Source: Mobula hypostoma (taxonomy: Eukaryota). From it: a DNA stretch of 64,000 nucleotides. Below are positions 12,000-24,674 of the stretch, one piece after another (position 1 is the first letter of the stretch; each line of letters begins with the position of its first letter). The notes under the pieces are model-generated. The model was not told the DNA's origin. It worked only from the letters and a program-made list of their open reading frames with translations, and made no database searches. The stretch spans positions 152,460,001 through 152,524,000 of the forward strand of contig NC_086097.1 in NCBI RefSeq assembly GCF_963921235.1. Direction: 5' to 3'. Position numbers and translations under genes: made by a program.

Positions 12000-12385
12000 C
12001 AGAGTCAGATTTGGATATTATTGTCATGAACACCAGGGTGCAATGAAATACCTTGCCCATGTGAAGCTCACAGAAAAAACAGTATACATGGTAGCAATAA
12101 ATACGACAACAAGTATAGTGTTTAACACAAAAGTGCAGAATGATGCAGTACAATTTGAAGTAGTGCTAAAAGAAATGTTGAATTGACAATAAAGGAGTAA
12201 CAAAGGAGAGTAGAATCAAGAGCCTGTAAAAGTAGCAGCATCACCATGAAGGGGATGTGAACAGATGGCTAAATCATAAGTGATAGTAATGAGGAAGGAA
12301 CTGTTCCTGAGTCTGAATGTTCATATTTTCAAGCCCCTGTATTTCTCCCAGATGGAACGGAGGAAAGGGAGTGATGAAGGTGGCA
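12000..12385 (-). mobile_element. Decayed Rex1-like LINE 3' end
   Basis: GGAAGGAACTGTTCCTGAGTCTG... resembles 9415-9480. Confidence 0.45.
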
Positions 12386-13357
12386 GACATAATCAGGCAT
12401 AAATCAGATTAACCACTGCATGGTCAATAACAGTAGGTCCTCAAAGTCATATAGTCAAGGAACCATAGATTTGTATGGCACAGGAAATGGTCCTTCAGCT
12501 ATCCACGGCGACCATCTACACTAGGGATAGTAGTTGATGGTATGAGGAGGTTGACTACATGATTGCATGATGGCATAAGGAGGAAACACAAAATCTTTCA
12601 GTATGTGGCTAAGATAAAGGCAGTAAATTAGGAAGAGATTCATGTAGAGTATAAACATCAAGACAGACTATTTGGCTAAGTAGTTTTATGGTCTTTATTA
12701 TATATTGTGTACAATTAGCTGGCTTCATTCTCTATCAATAGAATAATTTGGTAAGATCTGCTGTTTTTAATAATAGGAAAATATTCATGCTCAATTATAA
12801 AAAGTGCTACTCATTGACAATGCAAATCTACTGTGAGACCAAGCAAACAAAAAATAATCCAGATGGCATTAACATTCATGGAATAACATTAGAATAAGAC
12901 CTTGGAGCAGTGCCTGTTGAAATTTCTTCATGACCTTTCCAACAACTCCCTGTTGCATTCTGACTTCTGCTAACTCTCCATCCATGTTGACTCCTATTTT
13001 TTTTAAAAAGCTGGAACAGTTGCACTTGTATCATTAAAGCAGTGATCCAGGGTATACGTCCAGAGTGAAATAATGCACTCTGCAAAGGGTGGAGGTGGGA
13101 TGGTGGTGTGTCGATGGGAGCCTTCTGGTCGAATTGTAAATGTCTTGCGGCCCAGTGGAATTATTTATTCTTGAAGTTTTCCAATACAAACAATAAATTT
13201 TGCATTTAAATGTTAGCAATCCTTTCCCATTCAGCTCAATCTCTCTAAGTACTCAGTTATTTTATGGTACAGTGGCTCAGAAATTCTAGTATGCATCTTG
13301 ATAGCTATGTGGGCTATGTAATATAATTTTTAAAGAAAACTATGAAAATCTATGATA

Positions 13358-13787
13358 GCAACACACATCAAAGTTGCTGGTGAACGCAGCAGGCCAGGCA
13401 GCATCTCTAGGAAGAGGTACAGTCGACGTTTCAGGCCGAGACCCTTCGTCAGGACTAACTGAAGGAAGAGTTAGTGAGAGATTTGAAAGTGGGAGGGGGA
13501 GGGGGAGATCCAAAATGATAGGAGAAGACAGGAGGGGGAGGGATGGAGCCAAGAGCTGGACAGGTGATTGGCAAAGGGGATATGAGAGGATCATGGGACA
13601 GGAGGCCCAGGGAGAAGGAAAAGGGGGGGGGACCCAGAGGATGGGCAAGGGGTATAGTCAGAGAGACAGAGGGAGAAAAAGGAGAGTGAGAGAAAGAAAG
13701 TGTGTATAAAAATAAATAACGGATGGGGTACGAGGGGGAGGTGGGGCATTAGCGGAAGTTAGCAGAATTCCTCTTGTTTGCGTTTTT
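13358..13787 (-). mobile_element. Non-coding PLE 3'-end insertion (inverted 3' UTR plus short forward tail)
   Basis: About 13360-13762 is the reverse complement of about 832-1240; 13762-13782 GCAGAATTCCTCTTGTTTGCG is a forward tail piece; 13-bp TSD AAAATCTATGATA at 13345-13357 and 13788-13800. Confidence 0.9.
13420..13457 (-). ncRNA. Minimal type-I hammerhead ribozyme, intact core
   Basis: Reverse complement is identical to 1146-1183. Confidence 0.85.
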
Positions 13788-13842
13788 AAAATCTATGATA
13801 TTCTTTCTGGGTCTTTGGTATGCAGGTCCAAGAAAAGGTGCT

Positions 13843-14900
13843 TTAGAACATCGAACATAGAACAGTGCAGTACAGTACATGATGTTATGCTAACTCCCTA
13901 ACCTACTCCAAAATCAATCTCACAATTTCCGCTCACATAGCCCTCCATTTTTTTTATCCTTGCACCTACTTAAGAGTCTTTTATATATATCCTTCATATA
14001 CTTCCTCTACAACCACCCCTAGCAGTGCATTCTTTACACTTTCTATGTAAAAAAAAACTACCTCGGACATCTTCCCTATAACTTTCCTCCAATCACCTTG
14101 TATTAGTCATTGTTGCCCTGTGAAAAAGTCACTGGAGATCCACTCTCTATATGCCTCTTATCTTCTTACGCACCTCTGTCAAGTCACCTCTCATCCTCAT
14201 TCATTCAAAAGTGAAAAGACCTAGTTTGCTCAAACTATCCTCATGAGGCATATTCTCTAATCCAAGCAGCATCCTGGTAAATCTCTTCTGCACCTTCTCT
14301 AATGCTTCCACATCCTTCCTATAATGAGACAATAAGAACTAAACGCAACACTCCAAGTGCAGTCTGAACAGCATTTTTTAGAACTGTAATATCGTCTCAT
14401 GGCTATTGAATTCAACCCACCAACTATTGAAAGCAAAAACACTAGACATTTATTTAGCTACCTTATCAACAGGAGAAGCAACTTTGAGGGATCTATGGAT
14501 GTGGACCCTTGGAACCCTCTGTTCCTCCACACTGCTAAGAATCCTGCCAGTAACCTTGTACTCTACCTGCAGCTTTGACCTATCAATACTTCGCACTTCT
14601 GCATTGATTTTATCTGCCACTTCTCAGCCCAGCTCTGCATCCAGTCAATGTCCCATTGTTAAATATTACAATCTTCTACACCCTTCACAGCACCATTAAT
14701 CTTTGTGCCATATGCAAACTTACTAACCCACCCTCCCTCTTCCTCGTACAATATAGTATAAAGAGTAGGGGCCCCAGAGAAGACCCCTGTGGAACATTAC
14801 TAGTCACCAACCTCCAGGCAGAATATGCTCCCTCTATTACCGTCCTCTGCCGTCTGTGAGCAAGCCAATCCTGAAACCACATGGCCAAGATTCCCTGAAT
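13843..14900 (-). mobile_element. Decayed CR1-type LINE with internal deletions
   Basis: WFQDWLAHRRQRTVIEGAYSAWRLVTSNVPQGSSLGPLLF; (TTCTATG)-like tail at about 13843-13863. Confidence 0.8.
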
Positions 14901-14949
14901 CCCAATGAGTTACAAGATTTTTATCTAGATGACATAAAATCTTACATTT

Positions 14950-15173
14950 CCCCTCTCCCACCTGGCTTAATCTGTCTAAAAATATTTTCCTTATCTGTTT
15001 CTTATCACCTATCAACCATTGTCTCTACACTCCCTTCTACCCTTCTCTCACCTGGTTTCACCTGCCCATCATCTCTCACCTCACCTGATTCCATCTATCA
15101 CCTACTGTCTCTTGTCACTCCATTCCCTCTCCTGATACTAGCTCTCTTTCTTCTGCACTCTCAGTTCTGATTA
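14950..15173 (+). mobile_element. Old PLE 3' UTR relic, left part (continues at 16811-16918)
   Basis: Pyrimidine-rich segment with CTATCACCT and CAGTTCTGAT, resembling 1030-1157. Confidence 0.55.
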
Positions 15174-16810
15174 TAACCATATAACCATATAACAATTACA
15201 GCACGGAAACAGGCCATCTCGGCCCTTCTAGTACGTGCCGAACTCTTACCCTATCCTATTCCCATCGACCTGCACTCAGCCCATAACCTTCCATTCCTTT
15301 CCTGTCCAGATATCTATCCAATTTAACTTTAAACGACAACATCGAACCTGCCTCAACCACTTCTGCTGGAAGCTCATTCCACACAGCTACCACTCTCTGA
15401 GTAAAGAAGTTCCCTCTCATGTTACCCCTAAACTTTTGTCCTCTAATTCTCAACCCATGCCCTCTTGTTTGAATCTTCCCCACTCTCAATGGAAAAAGCC
15501 GATTAACGTCAACTCTATCAATCCCCCTCATAATTTTGAACACCTCTACCAAGTCTCCCCTCAACCTTCTACACTCCAAAGAATAAAGACCTAACTTGTT
15601 CAACCTTTCTCTGTAACTTAGGAGATGAAACCCAGGCAACATTTTAGTAAACCTCCTCTGTACTCTCTCAATTTTATTGACATCCTTCCTATAATTTGGT
15701 GACCAGAACTGAGCACAATACTCCAGATTTGGCTTTACCAATGCCTTATACAAATTCAACATTACATCCCAACTCCTATACTCTATGCTCTGATTAATAA
15801 AGGTCAGCAAACCAAAAACTTTCTTCACCACCCTATCCACATGAGATTCCATCTTCAGGGAACTATGTACCATTATTCCTAGATCCCTCTGTTCTAAAGC
15901 ATTCTTTAATGCCCTACCATTTACCATGTATGTCCTATTTTGATTAGTTCTACCAAAATGTAGCACCTCACATTTTTCGGCATTAAACTCCATCTGCTAT
16001 CTTTCAGTGCACTCTTCTATCTGTCCTAAATCTCTCTGCAAGCTTTGAAAACCTACCTCATAATCCACAACACCACCTATCTTAGTATCATCTGCATACT
16101 TACTATTCCAATTTACCACCCCATCATCTAGATCATTAATATATATTACAAACAACATTGGACCCAGTACAGATCCTTGAGGCACACCACTGCACACCGT
16201 CTTCTAATCTGACGCGCAGTTATCCACCACTGCTCTCCGGCGTCTCCCATCTAGCCACTGCTGAATCCATTTTACTACTTCCATATTAGTGCCTAACGAT
16301 TGAACCTTCCTAACTAACCTTCCGTGTGGAACCTTGTTAGAGGCCTTACTGAAGTCCATATAGACAACATCCACTGTTTTACCCTCGTCAACTTTCTTAG
16401 TAACCTCATCAAAAAATTCGATAAGATTTGTCAAACATGACCTTCCACACACAAATCCATGTTGACTGTTCCTAATCAGACCTTGTCTATCCAGAAAATT
16501 ATATATACCATCTCTAAGGATACTTTCCATCAATTTACCCACCACTGACGTCAAACTCACAGGCCGATAATTGCCAGGTTTACTCTTAGAACCCTTTTTA
16601 AACAAAGGAACCACATGAGCAATACGCCAATCCTCCGGCACCATTCCCGTTTCTAATGACATTTGAAATATTTCTGTCAGAGCCCCTGTTATTTCTACAC
16701 TAACTTCCCTCAAAGTCCTAGGGAATATCTTGTCCGGACCTGGAGACTTATCCACTTTTATATTCCTTAAAAGTGTCAGTACTTCCTCTTCTTTAATTGT
16801 CATACTTTCC
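15174..16810 (-). mobile_element. Relatively young 5'-truncated CR1 (HER1-like) LINE; RT to 3' end with few disruptions
   Basis: ORFs 16204-16812 (KSPGPD, GNYRPVSLTS, QHGF, VYMDFSKA), 15997-16197 ([16 protein letters not shown]) and 15256-15993; (TATGGTTA)n tail; ATTA at both junctions. Confidence 0.95.
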
Positions 16811-16918
16811 ATTAAGGGTCTTGATGCTGTAACATTGACTACATCTTTGCTTTCACGGATGCTGATTGACCTGTTGATTGCTCCAGTAGCTTTGCTCCAT
16901 GTTCCAGCATCTGCAGTT
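16811..16918 (+). mobile_element. Old PLE 3' end relic, right part
   Basis: AAGGGTCTTG...AACATTGACT...GATGCTG...TTCCAGCATCTGCAG is colinear with 32500-32608. Confidence 0.65.
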
Positions 16919-17479
16919 CAGTCAGAGAACCTAAGACCTACTGTGGCACATTGTAACAGAATCCCAGGCAGGTTCATTTAAAGAGCTACACCCCTTTCTT
17001 GCTGATTGTGTCAACCAACACGACCCCACCTCCCAAGCTATTCACCACGATTGTACTGCTTCAGAAGGCAATTTCCCACCCTGAATACATTAGCAGAGAC
17101 CAATCATAATATTGATGTTAACTCCAGCATCCGGTCTACTGGAAATTCACACAGCCTTGATTGGGACTCAAGGAGCATGTTGAGGAAGGATGCTTCAAAA
17201 AGTTAAATAGGCATGGTTTGTTGTGTTGAATGCTGCTCCTTAGACCTCAGGCCCTATAGCTATTTTGAACACAAATCCTTAAGAAAAGCATTTGTTTTCT
17301 CTACGTGCATTGATATTGAAAAATTTCTAGGCAATGAAAAAAATTACGTTTGGTGTTAACCTGAGTTAACTCAGGGCTTAGTAAGCTTTCTTATTTTGTT
17401 AGTCTTCAATCAATAATTTGCAGTTATCCCCATTATGTCAAGAAAATAGTCAACCTTTTCAAAATAAACAGATTAACAG

Positions 17480-18240
17480 TTAGAGTCATAGAGTCATAGG
17501 GCATAGAGACAGGATCTTTAGTTTGCCCGTGGTTGGCCCAAATCCCTGTACACAAACATTTCTTATCTATGTAGCTGTCCAAGTACCTTTCAAATGTTGT
17601 GAATGTAACTGCATCAGCCACCTCCTCTGGCAGTTTATTCCATGTACTAACCACTGTCTGGGTGAAAAAGCTGCCCCTTACATTCCTATTAAATCTTTCC
17701 TGTTTCACCTTAAACCTATGCCCTCTAGTTCTACATTCCCCCATCCCAGGATAAAGACTGTGTATCCACCCTGTCAATTCCTTTCATAATTTTATACATC
17801 TCTATAAGATCACCTAACCCCACAAAACCTGGGACATGACATCTTCTCAATACTACCATCAAGGATGAGATACAGGAGCCTGAAAGCCCACCCTCAATGT
17901 TTTGGGAAGAGCTTCTTCCCATCTGCTATCAGATTTCCAAATAGATCATGAATCCATGAACACCATCTCACTATTCCTCCTTTGCACTGTTTATTGAATT
18001 TTGTAACCTATCATAATTTTTATGTCATGCACTATACCACTGCACAAAGCAGCAAATATAATTACAAATGTCAGTGATAATAACGCTGATTCAGATTCTG
18101 ATGAAATATATCTAAACCTGTTCAAACTCTCTCCATAACTCAGACCAACAACATCCTTGTAAATCTCCTTCCAGCTGAATCCATCAGTTTTAAGGTAGGG
18201 TGATTAAGACTTCCACCAAGGTTGTGGAAATACCACAAGG
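17480..18240 (-). mobile_element. CR1 3' fragment interrupted by a plus-strand LINE 3' end (about 17820-18102, (CTGATT)n tail)
   Basis: Minus ORF RTRGHRFKVKQERFNRNVRGSFFTQTVVSTWNKLPEEV; (GACTCTAT)n tail. Confidence 0.75.
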
Positions 18241-18373
18241 AACATAGTCATGGGGAAATTTCACAAACCTTATGTTCCCAAATAGTAATAACATATGGAG
18301 TATGACTTTTCATTCATTCGATAGTCATAGAAACAGCACCCATTCAGTCCATGATGACTGAATCCGCTGCCTA

Positions 18374-18835
18374 CTTTTTTTTTAGATTATGAGGACACGC
18401 AGTCCTCTTTTATTGTCATTTAGTAATGCATGCATTAAGAAATGATACAATATTCCTCCGGTGTGATATCACAGAAACACAGGATAGACCAAGACTGAAA
18501 AACTAACAAAACCACATAATTATAATATATAGTTACAACAGTGCAACAATACCATAACTTGATGAAGAACAGTCCATGGCACAATAAAAAAGTTCAAAGT
18601 CTCGAAAGTCCCACATCTCACACAGATGGGAGAAGGAAGAAAACTCTCCCTGCCATGCCCGATCACAGTCCGACTCTGAGTCGTCCGAAAACTTCGAGCT
18701 CTGATCAGCCCTCTGACACCGAGTACCGAGCACCATCTCTATCCGAACATTTCGACCTCAGCCTCGGTCGTCAGCAGCAGGCAAAGCCAGGGATTTTGGG
18801 GCCTTCCCTCTGGAGATTCTCGATCGCACAGTAAC
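18374..18835 (-). mobile_element. Poly(A)-tailed retroelement 3' fragment inserted in a CR1 3' UTR relic
   Basis: T-run at 18374-18382, CpG-richer body, CR1 3' UTR-like sequence on both sides. Confidence 0.5.
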
Positions 18836-20729
18836 AACTGTGACAATTCATCTACCTGCCTCCGGAACATATCCCTCCAGAACATATCCCTCCAAACCGT
18901 TCTTATCCATGTACCTATTCAAACTTCTCATAAGAAATAGCCTTTATATGAGTTGTCCATTGCACAAATCACACAGACCGCAAATTAAATCCCTGCATCC
19001 ACCACTATGGGCGGCAGAATTGAGAAAGTGGACAAGTTACATCAGCCAGGGCTAAACCTTGCTACCTAGTAAATGCTCATGATGAAAACTGAAAGAAAGA
19101 CAGTGCCTATCACAATCTCAGAATCTGCAGTAGCACTTACAAGATATTTTTGAAGTGCCACATGGCTATATTGCAATAAATACAGAATTATTCTCTGCAA
19201 AGCAAAATCTCAACCACTCTTAAGAATTTTAGTTGCGACTCAAGAATTTTGATCACTGTCAACAGCAATGAAAAGAAAACTTTTTGCAGCAACCTCTAGA
19301 TGAGCGTGGTGTTCTGTTCTTATTCTCAGATGCCTGTACCACCCTCTGCTTAAGTCTGTTGCATGAAAAATTACAAAAAAAGACACAATCACAGTACTCA
19401 GTTATTTCAATGCAGAAGTCTGAAGTTTCTTGCATTGAGAAATCACAATTTTAGTTTTTTGTGTTTCCGTTCACTATTTTATGTATTTATAATTTACTTT
19501 TTCTCCTCCATGTAAGGGATATATCCTTCTTCAGCTTAAGGCATGCTGCTGTAACAAATATTTTTTTTTAAGCAGAATTGAGCCAGACTGTAAAATAGAG
19601 TTGAGGAATGTACAATTAATCAAAGTCTGTGTTGATGTTGTTAGTGGCCTGATTGGTATTTCAAAGGCACTGGCACAGATTTTTAAAAATGTAACAGAAA
19701 ATATTAGCAATAGAAATATGACAGTATGAACCATGGGCCTAGGAACACGTGAGGTTTTTGTTTGCAGTCTACTAATCAATGCATAAAAGAACAAGATCCT
19801 GGTAGCCATGAATCCCCTCTTCTTTTACAATTTATTACAAAAGCAGCTGCATTCCTGCTTCTGAAAGACATTCATAGAAAGTGACATTCTGAGAGATTGA
19901 TATCACCTTTTAAAAAGAAAGCTGCTTTGATGAATGGAGACTATCCTTTTATATGTAAGCTTGAAGAATTCAGACACTGAGAAAAGAGGGGAGAATGCTG
20001 AGTGGAGGACATTAAGAGAGGTGTGCTCAATGGGTGGAAACCAAATGTTTGTGAGGGTTTTAATGAAGGGGAGATAAATGAAAAGCATATGATAATTAGG
20101 TAACTAAACTCCAAAACAGACAGATTTCACCAACTGAGGAACAAAGAGAGGAAAAGATTCAGAGTGATAGAAGGATTAGAAATATTATGGATAATACCAT
20201 CAGGATGGGATAAGAGAAACCGGTGTGAGAAAAGAGGTTTGCGTTGAATATTTAAGATATTTGTGACAAGAGTCCTTGGCTTGGACCCAAATGCTGGAGG
20301 ATCTGAGGCTGGGATTGAGACACGGTCTCAAATGGGATTAAGAGACTGAGCACAAAACAAACGATAGATGAAATTACTAGAGGGTTTACAGTTGAACACT
20401 AACCTATGTTCAGGTGTTCCTTTAAGTACTCAATTCTTGTCACCCAAAACATGATCATCAATTAATGGAAATGTCCTAAGCCCTTAGAGGGGGCACCAGC
20501 GATCTGTACTCTGGAGAGTTAGAGCATTTAAATCTCAAAAGCTGGAAGCTGGCGTGGTTGTGAGTGTCTTGTAACAATATTATTAGGAAATTCTCAGTAA
20601 TCATTGTTACAAAATATGAAGAATGGTAAATGTTAATCATTTTACTCCAGATTATTTTGATTCAGGCAGCTGTTTTGAAATGTACTGCTGGAATAAATGA
20701 ATACATGGGTATATATTGGGACTAAATAC

Positions 20730-21080
20730 TTACTACCTCTTGAACCAGTGGGGTTAACTACAACTTCATTTGCCCCTTTACTGAACTGTTCCCACAACCT
20801 ATGGACTCAATTTCAAGGACTCTTTATCTCATGTTCTCAATATTCTATTGTTTGTTTGTTTATTTATTTATTTATTTATTATGTTTTTCCTCTTTGTATT
20901 TGCACAGTTTGTTGCCTTTTGCACGCTCGTTGTTGTCCACCTGGTAGGTGTGTATTTTCATTCATTCTATTTATGGTTTTTGGATTTACTGAGTATGCGA
21001 TAAGAAAATAAATCTCAGGGCTATATTTGGTGACATATAAGTATTTTGATAATGAATTTAATTTGAACTTCGAACTTTGA
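20730..21080 (+). mobile_element. Non-LTR 3' end with (TTGAAC)n tail and internal (TTTA)n
   Basis: Same family as 2290-2572 (TTTCAAGGAC...ATCTCATGTTCT...AAATCTxAGGG). Confidence 0.65.
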
Positions 21081-23074
21081 GATAATTTTGGGATAATGTC
21101 ATGACAGTATGCATTCTGGAGCTGAGAAAACCATGCCATAAAACTAGGTTTTCATTGGATCACATTGACTTAACTCAACTGGAATGTTGAATAGGGAGGA
21201 TCTTCAGATTATGAAACTAAGAGGAATATTTATTGGTAATTTTGGTTAATGAACTTTAGAAAAAAAAACATCAGTCAGCTTTTTCAGATTCTCAGTAATC
21301 ATTGTAACAAAATATGAGGAATGGTAAATGTAATGCATAGCTCTATTTCTTTTAGAGCAATGACCCCTCCCACTTAGCACTACGTATTGATCTGATGTCT
21401 GCACATGCACTATGTTGTCTCTCTCTCGCTACAATGTGAATACTCAAGTTAAAGCCATCTCCCACATCTGTGCTTTTATTTAATTGATATGTAATTGTGC
21501 ACAGAGTTGGCGACGAGCCTGAAATGTCAGAAAATACCACAAACTGCATGGACAGTTACTGCACAATTATGGAATGAAACAGTGGAAGTTAAACAGCACG
21601 AGAAGGCCATCACAGACGCTGACAAACGTGTGATTTCAGTGCATAGTTACAGTGAAAGATGCGCTGAACATAAATAACATGGCGATGGCTTCAGTCAGGA
21701 AAGTTGACGAATTTGACGGCACTAATGAAGGTTGGGAATCATATATTGGGAGGTTTGTAATGTGAACAATGTGGATGAGCAAAAGAAAGCCCCTACACTT
21801 TTTAGCTTAATGGGTGCAAAAACACCGTCTCTTAAGCAACCTAGCAACCCTTGAAAAACCAGCAAGCAAGATGTTTGACAAAATTGTTACAATTTTACAA
21901 AATAACTTGGGCCCTAAGCCATTGGCAATGGCTGAGAGATTTAGTTTACAAAAGGAACCAGTCAAAAGATGAAAGCCTTCCTGAATACATTGCAGAACTG
22001 TGACTTTAGAGATGGACTTTCTGATGCATTAAGGGATTGTATGTGTCATTCATAGTCAAAGCACCCAAAAGAGGCTATTGTTAGAAAGAGACCTAATGTT
22101 CAATCGAGCCCTGACCATTGCAATATCGTTAGAGACTGCAGCAAAAGATGCAGCAGAACTACAGAAAAGGAGGTTAGAATGTGAAATGCACAAAATGAAC
22201 TTGAATGGTGCAAAAAGCCAAAAATGTTATTGATGTGGCAGATTCTCCCATGATGCAAACGACTGTTGGTTCAAAGAAAATGTCTGCAGAAAGTGTCACA
22301 AACAAGGTCACATACAGAGAACGCGCAAGGCAGTCAAAAAGCACAACCAAATGAAAAATTCCAAACACAAAACTAGGCAAATACATAAAATGACTAACTG
22401 TGGAACAGAATCAGACAATATAGAGTCTGACAAAGGTGAACTGTCATGCCTAGAACTGCATAGCATTACTGCAGCAGATCACTAAATCCTTTGGATTACA
22501 ATAGATGTGTCTGGTGTAAAACTGAAATTAGAGCTGGATACAGGGTCAGCTTTGTCCATAATTCCAGAGGCTGACTACAACAGACTGTTTTTTTGGATAA
22601 CATTAGAGAAGAACTCAGTGATGCTAAAGACTTACATAGGTGAAAAAAATCTCCTAAAGGCAAACTGAAAGTAAATGTGACGTATGGAGGCCAAATGCAA
22701 CAGTTAGAGCTTTATGTATTAAAAAGTGGTGGGCCAGCACTTTTCAGCTGTGCATGGTTGAGAAAAATCCAACTAGACTGCCACTCAGTCAAAGCTCTCA
22801 GTATGATGTCAACAGGCAACTGCTGCCCAAATGGCAGCACTAACCAGAGACTGACACAGCTGCTTAATGCTAATCAGAAGGTGTTTTGAGAAGGCAGTAG
22901 ATAAACAGATTGAAAACTTGGCCAAAGCTTTTCAGGGTGCCAAAAAGTTCAAAATGTACCCACACAGCACTGTTACACATAGGAGTGGCCTTTGTCACTA
23001 TGGCAAAGAGTACATGTTGATTTTGCTGGGCCATTCACGTACTCAATGCTTCTGATTGCTGTGGATGCTCATTT

Positions 23075-23527
23075 GTGTCCCCTCTGAGGACTATCTTTGC
23101 TAGGAAAGGATTGCCAGAACAAATTGTGAGTGGCAATGAACCACAATGCACATCAGAAGAATACCAACTACTCATGAATGAAGATGGCACCAGACATTTC
23201 AAATCAGCTCCTCACCACCTAGCTACGAATGGATTAGCTGATGGGTTTATCCAAACCTTCAAGGAGTCCCTTAAAGTGATGGACAAAGAGGACATTTTTC
23301 TACAGCACAAGGTGGACAACTTCATTTTTGTGTATCGGAACTCTGTTCATGCAATGACAAATCAAACACCTGCAATGCTGTTCATGAGCAGGAACCTGAG
23401 ATCTTGCATCGACCTCCTGAAACCAGACCTCTGGAGGGAAGTAAAGAATAAACATTTCAGTCAGCTGCCAAGTGAAGCAGCAAGGAGCTTCAAGATTGGA
23501 CAGGAAGTCCTAGTGTGTGATTACTGA
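23075..23527 (+). pseudogene. Gypsy integrase core/C-terminal remnant
   Basis: LRTIFARKGLPEQIVSGNEPQ...HHLATNGLADGFIQTFK...FVYRNSVHAMTNQTPAMLF. Confidence 0.85.
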
Positions 23528-23666
23528 GAAGATAAGTGGACACTTGGTCAGATAGCTACAAGAACTGGACCACTGATGCACACAGTGGATGTTGGAGATC
23601 AGTCATGGAGACATCATTTGAACCAGATACCTGATGCTCAACTGAAGACCACACCTGCGTCGACTG

Positions 23667-24257
23667 TGTAGGAGTTGAGTATAGGAGTTGGGATGTAATG
23701 TTGAATTTGTATAAGGCATTGGTAAAGCCAAGTCTGGAGTATTGTGTACAATTCTGGTCACCGAATTATAGGAAGGATGACAATAAAATTGAGAGAATAC
23801 AGAGGAGGTTTACTGAAATGTTGCCTGGGTTTCATCTCCTAAGTTACAAAGAAAGGTTGAACAAGTTAGGTCTTTATTCTTTGGAGCGTGGAAGGTTGAG
23901 GGGAGACTTGATAGAGTTGACGTGGTTAGACTTTTTCCATTGAGAGTGGGGAAGATTCAAACAAGAGGGCATGGGTTCAGAATTAGAGGACAAAAGTTTA
24001 GGGGTAACATGAGGGGGAACTTCTTTACTCAGAGAGTGGTAGCTGTGTGGAATGAGCTTCCAGCAGAAGTGGTTGAGGCAGGTTCGATGTTGTCGTTTAA
24101 AGTTAAATTGGATAGATATCTGGACAGGAAAGGAATAGAGGGTTATGGGCTGAGTGCAGGTCGGTGGGAGTAGGATAGGGTAAGAGTTCAGCACAGACTA
24201 GAAGGGCCGAGATGACCTGTTTCCGTGCTGTAATTGTTATATGGTTATATGGTTATA
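23667..24257 (+). mobile_element. Young 5'-truncated CR1 inserted in Gypsy copy A
   Basis: Very similar to the reverse complement of 15174-15785; 7-bp TSD TCGACTG at 23660-23666 and 24258-24264. Confidence 0.93.
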
Positions 24258-24674
24258 TCGACTGCATCCAACAAGAAAGACACATTACAGTCACCAGACT
24301 TACCTCTCAGTGATGATGTCACTGACAGCAATGTAACACTGGCAACCGAGAACGTTGTCTCAGACAAGACACCTGCCAAACCTGATGTCACTCCACAGGT
24401 CTAGAGGTGCTATCCTGAAAGAAACAGAGTACAACCCAAAAGACTGAATCTTTAGAACTGTGAAGTTGTTCTGGATTGTTATTGTGAAAGCATGTTTATT
24501 TGGAATATGGATTTATGAAAGGGAAATTGAATGTTTTATACATATACACTTTTATGTTGCATTAATCTAAAGGGGAATGAATTGTAACGTATACAATTAT
24601 TTCTTTTAGAGCAATAACCCCACCCCCCACCTTAGCACAATGTATTGATCTGTTGTCTACACATACGCATTGTC

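Noticed and set aside
15256..16812. Functional reverse transcriptase gene
   Set aside because: 5'-truncated and split by stops and frameshifts into three ORFs.
20590..20648. Minus-strand ATGATTA...CTGA as a C/D-box snoRNA
   Set aside because: C box is imperfect, spacing is only about 47 nt and there is no terminal stem.
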